42,985 bases of DNA, from positions 1 through 42,985 of the forward strand of contig JBHIAT010000010.1 in NCBI GenBank assembly GCA_046758705.1, read 5' to 3'. Shown here one piece after another: positions 7,963 through 18,208 of the stretch. This DNA comes from Candidatus Bipolaricaulia bacterium (lineage in GTDB: Bacteria; Bipolaricaulota; Bipolaricaulia; JBHIAT01). Every line of letters begins with the position of its first letter. Position 1 is the first letter of the stretch. The notes below the pieces were generated by a model that worked only from the letters and a program-made list of their open reading frames with translations, was not told where the DNA came from and ran no database searches. A program made the translations under genes and the position numbers.

Positions 7963-9789
7963 ATGTCGGACCAGGTGAAGACCCAAGAAGCGGCTGAGAA
8001 GAAAACAGGGAAAGGGATCGCTCTCGATGATGTCAACTTGATGACAGCGGGTCAGGGTGGGGATGGGACGATCACCGTCGTCACCCTGTTCGCCGAGATC
8101 TTCCGGTCGATGGGGCTCAACGTCTACACCTCAAGAAACGTCCTGTCGAGGATCAAGGGCGGTCATGCGAGCGGGGTCGTCCGTGCAAATCCTGAAGTTC
8201 GGTATGCCATCGGCGACCTCCAAGTCCTCGTCGCCTTCGATGAGGAGGCCGTGATCACGGCCCGTGATGATTTTGACCCCGAGGGCGTTGTCATCTATGA
8301 CAGCTCGGCAGGGGAGCTGAATCCCGAGCGGGTCCCGCCCGAGGTCAAGATCTATAACGCGCCATTTAGCAAGCTCAGCATGCGCCATCTGCGCAGGGAT
8401 CTTTTTAAGAATACCATCGCCTTTGCCGTCGCCGGCCGGCTGCTCAGCATCTCCGATGACGTGATGAAGGAGGTTCTCCAGACTCGCTTTGCACGCAAGG
8501 GAAGCCTCGTGCTCGACTACAACCTCAACGCCCTTGAAGTCGGCCTCGAAGTCGCCGACGACCTCGGACTTGAAGCCGGCCTGGGACACTACCGGATCAA
8601 GCAAGCTCCCCTCCAGGAACGGCTCCTGCTCACCGGCAATGAGGCGTTGGCCTTCGGCTTCCTCGTGGCGGGGGGGAGGTTCTTCTCCGGCTATCCGATC
8701 ACCCCTTCCACCGAAATCATGGAGTGGCTGGCAAAGTGGCTGCCTCAGTTCGGTGGTGTCGTCAAGCAGACGGAAGACGAGCTCTCGGGAGTCAACATGG
8801 CCATTGGGGCGGCGCTGGCCGGCGCGCGCGCCATGGTCGCCTCCTCCGGCCCCGGTCTGTCACTGATCCAGGAAGGCATCGGTCAATCGGGAGCGGCGGA
8901 GATCCCTTTGGTCATCGTCGACTCCCAGCGGGCGGGGCCAAGCACCGGCATGCCGACCAAAGTGGAGCAGAGCGATCTGCAACTGATGGTCTTCGGCGGG
9001 CATGGGGAGTTTCCCCGAATCGTGCTTACGCCTGGCCACCCATGCGACTGTTTCTATTTAACGATCCGCGCCTGCAATCTGGCAGAGAAATACCAATTGC
9101 CGGTATTCATCGCCATGGACCAGGCACTCTCCCAAAACCTGGCGACCGTTGAGGTCGACGCGTTCGACCTGGAGAACGTCGAGATTGACCGGGGCAAGCG
9201 GCTGACTCCAGAAGCATTGGAGAAGATATCCGTTTACAGGCGTTATGCCTTGACCCCGGACGGTGTCTCGCCTTACACCGTGCCGTCCACGGCCGATGGG
9301 ATGTCCCTGGTGACCGGAAACGAGCACAACGAATTCGGGCAGGTTGTGACCGATCGAGCCAACCGCAAGCGCATGATGGACAAGCGCATGAGAAAGCTCG
9401 AGGTTGCGAAGGAAGACCTTCCCCAACCGAAGCTGTGGGGCGAGCCCGAAGCGCGCATCGGCTTCATCGGGATCGGTTGCGCCTTCGGGCCGATCCGGGA
9501 AGCGATGGAGCTGCTCAAAACAGACGGCGTTCAAACCAAGTACTTCCAGCCGTTGAGCATCTGGCCTCCACAACAGGACGAGATCGACGCGTTCCTGGAG
9601 GATTGCGACCGGGTCTATGTCGTCGAGCACAACTACAGCGGTCAACTGGCGAATCTGATCAAGCTCTCCAGCCGCCATGACCCTTCCGCCAAGATCACCT
9701 CGATTCTAAAGTATGACGGCGCCATGTTTAAGCCCTACCAGATCGCCCAACGGGTCTTGGAAACGATTGAAGAGGAAGAGGAAGGATAG
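7963..9789 (+). CDS. korA: 2-oxoacid:ferredoxin oxidoreductase alpha subunit (gamma-alpha fusion)
   Basis: AGQGGDG, GNEALAFG, GYPITP, QTEDE, SSGPG, QRAGPSTGMPT, VVEHNYSGQL; substrate specificity not determinable. Confidence 0.92.
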   Translation: MSDQVKTQEAAEKKTGKGIALDDVNLMTAGQGGDGTITVVTLFAEIFRSMGLNVYTSRNVLSRIKGGHASGVVRANPEVRYAIGDLQVLVAFDEEAVITARDDFDPEGVVIYDSSAGELNPERVPPEVKIYNAPFSKLSMRHLRRDLFKNTIAFAVAGRLLSISDDVMKEVLQTRFARKGSLVLDYNLNALEVGLEVADDLGLEAGLGHYRIKQAPLQERLLLTGNEALAFGFLVAGGRFFSGYPITPSTEIMEWLAKWLPQFGGVVKQTEDELSGVNMAIGAALAGARAMVASSGPGLSLIQEGIGQSGAAEIPLVIVDSQRAGPSTGMPTKVEQSDLQLMVFGGHGEFPRIVLTPGHPCDCFYLTIRACNLAEKYQLPVFIAMDQALSQNLATVEVDAFDLENVEIDRGKRLTPEALEKISVYRRYALTPDGVSPYTVPSTADGMSLVTGNEHNEFGQVVTDRANRKRMMDKRMRKLEVAKEDLPQPKLWGEPEARIGFIGIGCAFGPIREAMELLKTDGVQTKYFQPLSIWPPQQDEIDAFLEDCDRVYVVEHNYSGQLANLIKLSSRHDPSAKITSILKYDGAMFKPYQIAQRVLETIEEEEEG

Positions 9790-9794
9790 AGATC

Positions 9795-10658
9795 ATGACT
9801 CACACCTATGAACCGGAGAGGCCCATCTGGTGCGCCGGGTGTGGGGACTTCGGCGTTCAGGCGGCCCTCACCAAGGCGCTGACTCAGCTGAGCGTCCCCC
9901 CGGAGGATGTCGTAACGATCGCGGGGATCGGCTGCTCCGGGACGATTCAGAATAACATAAGCTTCTACGGTTATCATGCCCTCCATGGGCGAACGCTGCC
10001 CACCGCCATTGGTGTCAAACTGGCCAACCCCCAACTGACCGTCATCGTCGCCGGCGGGGACGGGGATGGCTACGCCATCGGCATGGGTCACCTGATGCAC
10101 GCGTTCAAGCGCAACCCGAGCATCGTCTACATCGTCATGAACAACGGGACCTACGGTCTGACCAAAGGACAGTTCTCACCCACCAGTGACGCTGATTTCC
10201 GAGGAAACGTGGAGGAAAGTATCGATGCCATTTGGATCGGCTTGAGCGTTGGGACGACCACGTTTATCGCGAGGGGATTCGCGGGCTACCCTGACCAGCT
10301 GACGAGGCTCATGGCCGAAGCGATCGAACATACACACACCAATAAGGGGTTCGCCTTCCTGGAAGTCCTCTCGCCGTGCGTAACCTACAACGACACCTAC
10401 CGACTGTGGAAGTCCGCTATGGTCGACCTTGACGCAGATCCGTCCCATAGCCCTGATGATCGCGTAGCCGCTTATACGAAGGTCAACGAGCTTCGAGAAT
10501 CAGGGTGCATCCCCATTGGGATGGTCTACCGGGGAGAGCATCCCTCGTTTGAAACGGTCTCGCTCAGCTCCTTGGAGCACCCCATGGCGACCCAGGACAT
10601 CTCGGTTTCAGTCCACGCCACAGCCTATAAGACCGTTATGGACTCGTTCAAGGGATAG
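9795..10658 (+). CDS. korB: 2-oxoacid:ferredoxin oxidoreductase beta subunit (TPP-binding)
   Basis: WCAGCGDFG, GIGCS, HGR, GGDGDGYAIG, MNNGTYGLTKGQFSPT, SPCVTYN. Confidence 0.93.
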   Translation: MTHTYEPERPIWCAGCGDFGVQAALTKALTQLSVPPEDVVTIAGIGCSGTIQNNISFYGYHALHGRTLPTAIGVKLANPQLTVIVAGGDGDGYAIGMGHLMHAFKRNPSIVYIVMNNGTYGLTKGQFSPTSDADFRGNVEESIDAIWIGLSVGTTTFIARGFAGYPDQLTRLMAEAIEHTHTNKGFAFLEVLSPCVTYNDTYRLWKSAMVDLDADPSHSPDDRVAAYTKVNELRESGCIPIGMVYRGEHPSFETVSLSSLEHPMATQDISVSVHATAYKTVMDSFKG

Positions 10659-10744
10659 CCGAAGCGCATGGAGTCAACCCTCAAAATCGGATCACGTTGC
10701 GGGTAGCGACATTTTGCTTAACGACTGGAAGGGAGGTAACAAAA

Positions 10745-10861
10745 ATGAACATTGAGGACGTGAAGAGAAAATACGAGGAGCAACTGATGCAGTTGCCCAA
10801 TGTGACGGGCATCGGCATCGGGGAGAAGGCGGGGAAGGAGGTGAAGAGAAGGAGTAAATAA
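10745..10861 (+). pseudogene. 38-aa truncated ORF resembling the N-terminal NVxGxGIG domain found alone or ahead of trypsin-like serine proteases
   Basis: RBS GGGAGGT, then MNIEDVKRKYEEQLMQLPNVTGIGIGEKAGKEVKRRSK*; not in the ORF track. Confidence 0.5.
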
Positions 10862-10979
10862 AGAGCGCTGATCGTCCTGTCCAGGCCGGGTTGATCCAAG
10901 GGGGCACAGCCCGGACCGCCCTTAAATCCGACCTCGTATAAATCATGCTTGACACACAAATATTTCAGGGAGAAAAATC

Positions 10980-11333
10980 ATGAGCACTACCCTAAGCAAA
11001 TTTTATCGGGTTCGCAATGAAAAACCTGTTACTTTGACCATCAAAATCGGTCATGGTCAGCGTGGCACCACTTCAGTAAATCTCAATGATGAGCAGCTCG
11101 TTAACAACCATCGGAATACACTGAAACAGCGTATTGGCACAGGGGAAGAGCTGAATGGCAAAACACTGTATTGTTCGACCATCGTCGCTGACATCCGAAC
11201 GGAAACGAACGAAACAAGTATCACTTACGAGTTGAGAGGCGGCGTCAGCCAGTTCAAGCAAACATTGCAAGAAAGTGTCGAGAGTGAAGGAGATGTCGTC
11301 TTCTACCTGGCAACATTTCGGTTCTATGGTTGA
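10980..11333 (+). CDS. hypothetical protein, beta-strand rich, 117 aa
   Basis: RBS GGGAG; clean ORF in a lower-GC segment; no recognised motif. Confidence 0.75.
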   Translation: MSTTLSKFYRVRNEKPVTLTIKIGHGQRGTTSVNLNDEQLVNNHRNTLKQRIGTGEELNGKTLYCSTIVADIRTETNETSITYELRGGVSQFKQTLQESVESEGDVVFYLATFRFYG

Positions 11334-11363
11334 CCATGTCCCTTAATGGAGGTTAAGGTTAAC

Positions 11364-12602
11364 ATGTGTACCAAACCCAATAGATATTTTTACCATGTAC
11401 GCAATTGCTGGAGATGGTTTGCCAGCTTTATTCTCCTCCTCATCCTTTTCTTCCCAATAATCGCTTGGGCGCAGGATGATGCTTCTACACCACAATCTCC
11501 TCCCGTTGATTCCACTATGTCGTTCGATCTGTCACTAGCCCCTCCTGTCCCTGGTTTCGTTGTTCTCGGAATCGAACCCACTTCAGTCGAACGACCTGGT
11601 ACGGTGACAGACTTAGCGGTTACCATCCTTAATGAAACAGAGAATTTGACCGTCTTGCCCGAGAATTTCGCTCTTGAATTCGCTCCATATTGGTTGTTTT
11701 TTGGGGAAAACATCAGTTATGAAGATTATGCGAGTTCCAAAATCGGCTCGGCATTGCTCCAAACACTTTCTCTCTCAGTGGCCACCTCTTCAAGATCCCA
11801 AACACCCTCTAACTCCCTCACGACATCTCTGGCACTAGGGATTCGATCCTCAATACTGCGAGGGAACATAGATGAGACGTTTAACAATAGGATAGAGGCC
11901 CTTAATTCACTGTTTGAGGAATTAGGCAAGCTGAACGACAGAGTACTGGCGGAAGCTAAGCGCCGTATCGAACAGGATTCAACGATTCAGTCTCTCATTG
12001 AGATATTTCCAGGGGCTGATGAAGCGGCCAGATCTCTGATCGAAGTGCAAATTAGCCAGCGGGAAGCACAAATCAAACAGCAAGTTGAAGCGGAAATTCG
12101 AGAACAACATGCACACGACTTGAAAAATATTAAAGAGATCATTTCTGGACTGCGCTTACGTCGCATTGGTTGGAAACTTGATGTTGCCGGAGGTGCAGTA
12201 TACGACTTTCCGCAACGTGTATTCGACAACGGGCAGTTAAGCCGATGGGGAGCATGGCTCACCGGTGGCTACGAAGGGAGAAAATTGAGTGTTCTGGCTG
12301 TTCTTCGCTATTTAAGCAGCTCTATTGATTCAGACCAGTCAAGTGTTGACGTTGGAGGTCGGGTGATTTTCGATGACTTCGAACAGTTTTCTTTATCGGC
12401 TGAAGCGGTATATCGCGGGTTTCCAGGAAGTAGCACGACTGATGATCAACGGCGTTTCGCTATTCTAATCGATTACGCTATTGCTAAAAATACATCGATT
12501 TCCGTTACATTGGGTCGCGACTTCTCGGGAAGTCTAATTACGTCTGTTAGTTTTTTACAGGGATTTGGTTCTAACCGACCAGTCCTAAGCATCGGTGATT
12601 AA
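11364..12602 (+). CDS. hypothetical exported protein with central coiled coil and possible C-terminal beta-barrel
   Basis: Signal peptide ending IAWA-Q; amphipathic beta strands in the C-terminal third; start ATG 11364 behind GGAGGT (alternative 11346). Confidence 0.75.
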   Translation: MCTKPNRYFYHVRNCWRWFASFILLLILFFPIIAWAQDDASTPQSPPVDSTMSFDLSLAPPVPGFVVLGIEPTSVERPGTVTDLAVTILNETENLTVLPENFALEFAPYWLFFGENISYEDYASSKIGSALLQTLSLSVATSSRSQTPSNSLTTSLALGIRSSILRGNIDETFNNRIEALNSLFEELGKLNDRVLAEAKRRIEQDSTIQSLIEIFPGADEAARSLIEVQISQREAQIKQQVEAEIREQHAHDLKNIKEIISGLRLRRIGWKLDVAGGAVYDFPQRVFDNGQLSRWGAWLTGGYEGRKLSVLAVLRYLSSSIDSDQSSVDVGGRVIFDDFEQFSLSAEAVYRGFPGSSTTDDQRRFAILIDYAIAKNTSISVTLGRDFSGSLITSVSFLQGFGSNRPVLSIGD

Positions 12603-12836
12603 GAGTTGCAACAGACTCTTGATAGCTTCGTGAGGCAGCTGTTCAACCTGGCCCTAATTCAGTGTGCATAGTTCACACAGACCTGCCTTGGGGCAGGCAA
12701 AGGAGGTATATGAACACCTCCAACCGCCTTCGTAAAATTATACGCTGTTTAGGCCGTATCATCAAGTTTACCCTGATCAGCTCTGATGAGATGAAGACTC
12801 CCTCTGTCGAGATAGAGATGGAGTAGGTGAGGACAT

Positions 12837-13010
12837 GTGATCGTCGAACCCCAATACGAGGCCACTGCCGAGGCCGATCGCAAGTGGCGAAACGGCGAAC
12901 TCGTACTGGTTGCTGTCGATCCCGTCTCGAATGAAATCCGGTTCTTCAAGCGACAGGTGGAAAACCAGTTGCTGACGTTTGAACGAAACGGGAACTCGTT
13001 CACTGAAGGA
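12837..13010 (+). pseudogene. gene fragment, possibly DUF3179-like C-terminal piece
   Basis: FFKRQVENQLLTFERNGNSFTE resembles the F.R.V.G..LTF motif; runs into the peptidase RBS. Confidence 0.3.
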
Positions 13011-13023
13011 GGGAGTGGACCCG

Positions 13024-14886
13024 TTGAGCAGACGCAACATCACCGACGAAGATCTTCTGCGCTTCAAGTTCGTAGATGACCCACAGATGAGCCCGGACGG
13101 GAACCGGGTGATCTTCACCGTCAAGACGGTCGATCCCGAGAAAAACCGTTATCTCTCCCATCTCTGGATTGCGGATTTGGAAACGGATGAGGTACGACAG
13201 TTCACCCACGGTGAGGCGAATGATAGCCTGCCGCGCTGGTCCCCAGATGGCCGACGAATTGCCTTCCTGCGCACCCGAGACAAACGCACCCAGATCTGGA
13301 AGATCCCCGCGGACGGCGGGGAAGCCGGTCCGCTCACCCAATCAGACGAGGGCAAAATCGGCGCTCCCGTGTGGTCACCCGACGGGAATCGGATCGCGTT
13401 TACATTTCGTCCCACCCATTCCGACTGGACCCAGCTGGCCCTCAAAGAGCGAAAAGAGAGCGGCAAATCCAATCCACCTCGCATCATCACCCGTCTCCAC
13501 TACCGACTTGACGGAACCGGCTTCCTCGATCTGCGCCAGCATATCTGGATCTGCGATGCCCAGACCGGCGAAGCAGAGCAGATCACCGACGGGGATTACG
13601 ACGACTATGATCCGGTCTGGTCACCGGGCGGCAAACAGATCGCTTACATCGGCCGTGAAATCGAGGATGACCCCTGGGTACCCCGCAACGATCGCCTCTG
13701 GGCGATCCCCCTCCAGGACGGTTCGGCAAACTGTCTCACCCACGCTCTGGACCGCCCCGTCACCAACGTAACGATCAGCGACACCCGAGAAGTTTCCTCC
13801 GGCGGGCAAAGCCCGATCTGGTCAACTGATGGCACACGGCTGTTCTTCCTCGCCAGCGACCAGGGGAGCTGCCATCTCTATACGGTCGCACTCGACGAGG
13901 GAGAGCCGGAACCCCTTACCGAGGGTGCTCTCGAGGTGGCCGGTTTCACCATCGATCGAGAAGGTGAACGGTTTGCCGTGCTTATCGGCCGGCCCACCCA
14001 ACCTCCGGAGGTGTTCGTCGGAAGCCGGCAGGAAAACTCCGGGCTGGAGTTTCGCCCCCTCAGTCGGTTGAACACCCCTTGGCTTGAGGAGGTCCGGTTG
14101 AGTGAGCCTGAGGAACAGTGGTTCGACAGTTTCGATGGCACCAAGATCCAGGGTTGGTTGCTCAAGCCGGCCGAGTTCGATCCGAACCACCGGTATCCGT
14201 TCCTGCTCTATATCCATGGCGGTCCTCATGCCCAGTATGGGAACACGTTTTTCCATGAGTTTCAGGTGCATGTGGCGCGGGGCTATATGGTGTTCTACAT
14301 CAATCCCCGAGGCAGTATGGGGTATGAAGAAAACTTTGCTGCCTGTATTCGGGGGAATTGGGGTGATGTGGATTTCAAGGACATCATGGCGGCTGCGGAC
14401 TTCGCCGAGTCGTTGCCCTATGTGGATTCCAACCGCATGGCTGTCGCAGGAGGCAGTTATGGCGGCTATATGACCAATTGGATCGTTGGGCATACCGACC
14501 GCTTCCACTGTGCGATTACCGATCGCAGTGTGGTCAATCTCCACGACTTTTTCGGTACCTGCGACTTCCCCGGAACGGTGGATGGCTACTGGCCAGGAGA
14601 GGCCTGGGATCGTCCGGAAAACCGATGGGAGCAGTCGCCGCTGCGCTATGCAGCCAATATCCAGACCCCCCTGCTCATCATTCACAGCGAAGGCGACCTG
14701 CGCTGTCCCATCGAACAGGCAGACCATCTGTTTGTGGCACTCAAGCGGCTCAAGCGCGACGTGGTGTTCGTTCGCTATCCGCAGGAGACCAGCCACGGCC
14801 TGTCGCGCAGCGGTCCACCCGATCTGAGGGTAGACCGGCTTCAGCGCATTGCAGACTGGCTGGACCGGCACCTCAAGCCTTCGTAA
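13024..14886 (+). CDS. S9 family (acylaminoacyl/dipeptidyl) peptidase with PD40 beta-propeller
   Basis: WSPDG repeats, IHGGPH, NPRGS, catalytic GGSYGG, HSEGDLRCP, SHGLSR; start TTG 13024 behind GGAGGGAG. Confidence 0.93.
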   Translation: MSRRNITDEDLLRFKFVDDPQMSPDGNRVIFTVKTVDPEKNRYLSHLWIADLETDEVRQFTHGEANDSLPRWSPDGRRIAFLRTRDKRTQIWKIPADGGEAGPLTQSDEGKIGAPVWSPDGNRIAFTFRPTHSDWTQLALKERKESGKSNPPRIITRLHYRLDGTGFLDLRQHIWICDAQTGEAEQITDGDYDDYDPVWSPGGKQIAYIGREIEDDPWVPRNDRLWAIPLQDGSANCLTHALDRPVTNVTISDTREVSSGGQSPIWSTDGTRLFFLASDQGSCHLYTVALDEGEPEPLTEGALEVAGFTIDREGERFAVLIGRPTQPPEVFVGSRQENSGLEFRPLSRLNTPWLEEVRLSEPEEQWFDSFDGTKIQGWLLKPAEFDPNHRYPFLLYIHGGPHAQYGNTFFHEFQVHVARGYMVFYINPRGSMGYEENFAACIRGNWGDVDFKDIMAAADFAESLPYVDSNRMAVAGGSYGGYMTNWIVGHTDRFHCAITDRSVVNLHDFFGTCDFPGTVDGYWPGEAWDRPENRWEQSPLRYAANIQTPLLIIHSEGDLRCPIEQADHLFVALKRLKRDVVFVRYPQETSHGLSRSGPPDLRVDRLQRIADWLDRHLKPS

Positions 14887-14903
14887 TGGTTTAGTCAGTT
14901 TGG

Positions 14904-15677
14904 TTAGTGCTGCAAAATCTGAGAAAGAAAGAGCTTGGTGCGCTCGTGCTGGGGGTTGTTGAAGAACGTCTCCGGCTCAGCTTCCTCTACGATCTGGCCC
15001 TCGTCGAAGAAGATGAGGCGATCGGCGACCTCACGGGCGAAGCCCATCTCATGCGTAACCACGAGCATGGTCATGCCAGACTGGGCCAGCTCGCGCATCA
15101 CATCCAGGACCTCCTTGATCATCTCCGGATCCAGAGCACTGGTCGGCTCATCGAACAGCATGATCTTGGGCTGCATCGCCAACGCTCTGGCGATGGCCAC
15201 CCGCTGCTGCTGACCTCCGGAGAGCTGGCCGGGGTACTTGTGAGCCTGCTCCGGGATACCCACCCGCTCCAACAGCTCCTGGGCGAGCGCCTCCGCCTTC
15301 TCTTTGGTCATCTTCTTGACCCAGGTGGGGCCCAACGTGACGTTCTGAAGGGCCGTCAGGTGGGGAAACAGGTTGAACTGCTGGAACACCATGCCGACCT
15401 CCTGGCGGATCTTTTCGATGTTGCGTAGATCCTTGCTCAGCTCGATACCGTCTACGACGATCCGGCCCCGCTGATGCTCCTCCAAGTGGTTGATAGTGCG
15501 GATGAACGTGGATTTTCCTGATCCCGAAGGGCCGCTGATGACCACCTTCTCTCCTCGCTTGAATTGGGCGGTGATGCCCCGCAGGACGTGGAAGTCGCCG
15601 AACCACTTGTGGACGTCCTCACAGATGATGATGGAATCGTTGGATCCATCCTGGGTTTCGGTCATTGGCCCGTTCAA
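14904..15677 (-). CDS. aapP: general L-amino acid ABC transporter ATP-binding protein
   Basis: [29 protein letters not shown]; alternative start 15665. Confidence 0.92.
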   Translation of the reverse strand: MNGPMTETQDGSNDSIIICEDVHKWFGDFHVLRGITAQFKRGEKVVISGPSGSGKSTFIRTINHLEEHQRGRIVVDGIELSKDLRNIEKIRQEVGMVFQQFNLFPHLTALQNVTLGPTWVKKMTKEKAEALAQELLERVGIPEQAHKYPGQLSGGQQQRVAIARALAMQPKIMLFDEPTSALDPEMIKEVLDVMRELAQSGMTMLVVTHEMGFAREVADRLIFFDEGQIVEEAEPETFFNNPQHERTKLFLSQILQH

Positions 15678-15679
15678 GT

Positions 15680-16879
15680 TTATCGTCTGCCGACGCCTAA
15701 GGCAACCTCAAGCTTACGGCTGGCATAGGACATCGAGTAGCTGAAGATGAAGTAGGTGACCGCGGCAAACAGAAACACCTCGGCCTGGAGTCCCAACCAA
15801 TCGGGGTTGGCGATGACGCTGCGCGCGATGCCCAACAGGTCGAGTAGGCCGATGATCGCCACCAATGAGGTGTCCTTGAACAGGCTGATGAACTGTCCCA
15901 CGATCGATGGGATGACGGAACGGAGCGCCTGAGGCAGGATGATCAACAGCATGGAGAGCGGGTAGTTGAGCCCCACGGCCTGGGCCGCGTCGTACTGACC
16001 TTGGGGGACCCCTTGCAGACCGCCGCGGACGTTCTCGGCCATGTAGGCCGCTGAGAACAGGGTCAGGCCGATCATTGCCCGGAAGATCTTGTCGATGCGA
16101 AAGTCGGGCAGGAAGATCGGCACCATGATCTGAGCCATGAACAGGATGGTCACCAGCGGGACGCCCCGGACCACCTCGATGTACAGAGTGGAGATCCAGC
16201 TCACCGCTGGCAGGCTGCTGCGACGTCCCAAGGCCAACAGCACCCCCAACGGGAACGAGGCAGCGATGCCGACCGCCGCCAGCACCAGCGTCAACAGCAG
16301 CCCGCCCCACTGGGAGGTCAGCACCGAAGGCAGGACCGTGTTCTCCCCGAAGCCGCGCAGCACGATCATGGTCCAGGGGAACGACAGCAACCAACCTCCC
16401 AGGACCCAACCACGCCATCGCCTCCGGCCCCGTCCCAACAGGACAGCGACCGCCAACACGGCCACGGCCCCCAGCAGCCACCCTCGGGTGGCCAGTGTGA
16501 CAGGCATGGCAGCTAAGACCAATCCGGCGGTTCCGAGAGAGAGGGCGAACCGTAGTGGCAGACCGCCCCAGATCCCGGCACTCACACCGGACAGGGCCGC
16601 CAGCGTATAGACGACAGTCCACACCCGCCACAGCTCCGCCCGCGGATACGTCCCAATCATGAGCAACTGCAGGTTGGCCGGGATGACCCCCCATTCAGCT
16701 GAGCCGAACACCCACGTCAACACCCCCGTCAAGATCACATACAGGAACCCGAGCGCCACGAGGGTCAACAGGGCGTTGTACCAGGTGTTGAACAGGTTCT
16801 CTTTAATCCAGCGAACTGGACCTACCGACTCACGGGGACGTTCGATCTCTACCTCTTGCGTACGTTCCACCTGTGCCAT
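15680..16879 (-). CDS. aapM: general L-amino acid ABC transporter permease
   Basis: [49 protein letters not shown]. Confidence 0.92.
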   Translation of the reverse strand: MAQVERTQEVEIERPRESVGPVRWIKENLFNTWYNALLTLVALGFLYVILTGVLTWVFGSAEWGVIPANLQLLMIGTYPRAELWRVWTVVYTLAALSGVSAGIWGGLPLRFALSLGTAGLVLAAMPVTLATRGWLLGAVAVLAVAVLLGRGRRRWRGWVLGGWLLSFPWTMIVLRGFGENTVLPSVLTSQWGGLLLTLVLAAVGIAASFPLGVLLALGRRSSLPAVSWISTLYIEVVRGVPLVTILFMAQIMVPIFLPDFRIDKIFRAMIGLTLFSAAYMAENVRGGLQGVPQGQYDAAQAVGLNYPLSMLLIILPQALRSVIPSIVGQFISLFKDTSLVAIIGLLDLLGIARSVIANPDWLGLQAEVFLFAAVTYFIFSYSMSYASRKLEVALGVGRR

Positions 16880-16923
16880 AGGTTCCTACCCTTAACTTTT
16901 AAACTTTCAACTTTTTAACTGCT

Positions 16924-18099
16924 TTATCGCTCGACGAGCCTGACTCGACGGTTGTACCAGTTCATGAACGTCGACGTGGTCAAGCTCATGATCAGATAAC
17001 TGGTCATGATCATCGCGAACACCGGGATCGATTGACCGGTCTGGTTCATCATCGTGTTGCCTATATTGAACAGATCCGGGAAGCCGATGGCGATCGCCAG
17101 GCTGGAGTTCTTGGCCAGGTTGAGATACTGGCTGGTCAGCGGCGGCACGATGATGCGCAACGCCTGGGGCAGGACGACCAACCGCAGGACCTGGATCTCT
17201 CTCAAACCGACGGCCCTGGCCGCCTCGCGCTGCCCTGTTTCGACGGACTGGATCCCGCCGCGCACCACCTCGGCGATGAACGCGCCGGTGTAGACCGCCA
17301 GCGCGATCAGCAGCGCCGAGAACTCCGGTGTGAGCTGCACGCCCCCGGTGAAGTTAAACCGCTGCAGGACCGGGATATCCAGGGTGAGCGGCGTCTGAGG
17401 CGTCAGGAACCATCCGAAAACGGCGAACGCCGCAAACGCCGGCACGGCCCACAGGAAGGGAAAACCGGGCCGTCCGGCTCGATGCAACTGCCACCGCCGG
17501 ACCACATAGAGAACGACGGCCACGACGAGCCCTGCGGCCAGATACGCTCCCCATATCTTCAACCCCGGTGTCGGATGGGGCCAGGACAGGTGGACTCCCC
17601 GCTGGTTGATGAAGATCCGTTCGAATAGCGAGATGCTCTGGCGCACCGGGGGCAGCTGCAGGATCACCGCGATGTACCAAAACAGGATCTGCAGCAGAAG
17701 TGGGATATTGCGGAATCCCTCGACGTAGGCGCTGGCGATAGTACGCACCAGCCAGTTGCTCGACAGCCGGGCCACGCCGAAGACCAGCCCCAGAGTCGTG
17801 GCCAACACGATACCTATGAGGCTGACCTTCAGGGTGTTGACCACGCCGACCCAAAACGCGCGCAGATAAGGATCTGAGGGCTGGAAAGCGATCCCCTCGG
17901 CGATCCCAAAACCCGCTTCCAGACGCAAAAAGCTGAAGTTGATGCTGAGATCGAGCCGATCCAACCCTCTCAGCATGTTGGTGTAGAGCAGGCCGGCCAG
18001 CAGAGCCACCCCGATCAAGAACAGGACCTGCAGCAGGATGCGCAACACCCGAACGTCGCGCCAGAAAGGGATCTTCTCTGAGATCGTCATCTGAGCCAT
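16924..18099 (-). CDS. aapQ: general L-amino acid ABC transporter permease
   Basis: FWRDVR, GVVNTL, RNIPLLLQI, AFIAEVVRGGI, QYLNLAKNSSLA. Confidence 0.92.
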   Translation of the reverse strand: MAQMTISEKIPFWRDVRVLRILLQVLFLIGVALLAGLLYTNMLRGLDRLDLSINFSFLRLEAGFGIAEGIAFQPSDPYLRAFWVGVVNTLKVSLIGIVLATTLGLVFGVARLSSNWLVRTIASAYVEGFRNIPLLLQILFWYIAVILQLPPVRQSISLFERIFINQRGVHLSWPHPTPGLKIWGAYLAAGLVVAVVLYVVRRWQLHRAGRPGFPFLWAVPAFAAFAVFGWFLTPQTPLTLDIPVLQRFNFTGGVQLTPEFSALLIALAVYTGAFIAEVVRGGIQSVETGQREAARAVGLREIQVLRLVVLPQALRIIVPPLTSQYLNLAKNSSLAIAIGFPDLFNIGNTMMNQTGQSIPVFAMIMTSYLIMSLTTSTFMNWYNRRVRLVER

Positions 18100-18121
18100 C
18101 GTCTATTCCGATTTTATCAAT

Positions 18122-18152
18122 AAAAAGGCAGCCCGGCGAGGCACCGGGCTGC
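18122..18152 (-). terminator. intrinsic terminator/attenuator between aapJ and aapQ
   Basis: Minus strand GCAGCCCGG-tgcctcg-CCGGGCTGC-cTTTTT. Confidence 0.75.
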
Positions 18153-18208
18153 TCTCTACTCATCTATCCTAATCCTACCGGGTCAATTGACCCGATCCCA
18201 ACCGCTGA

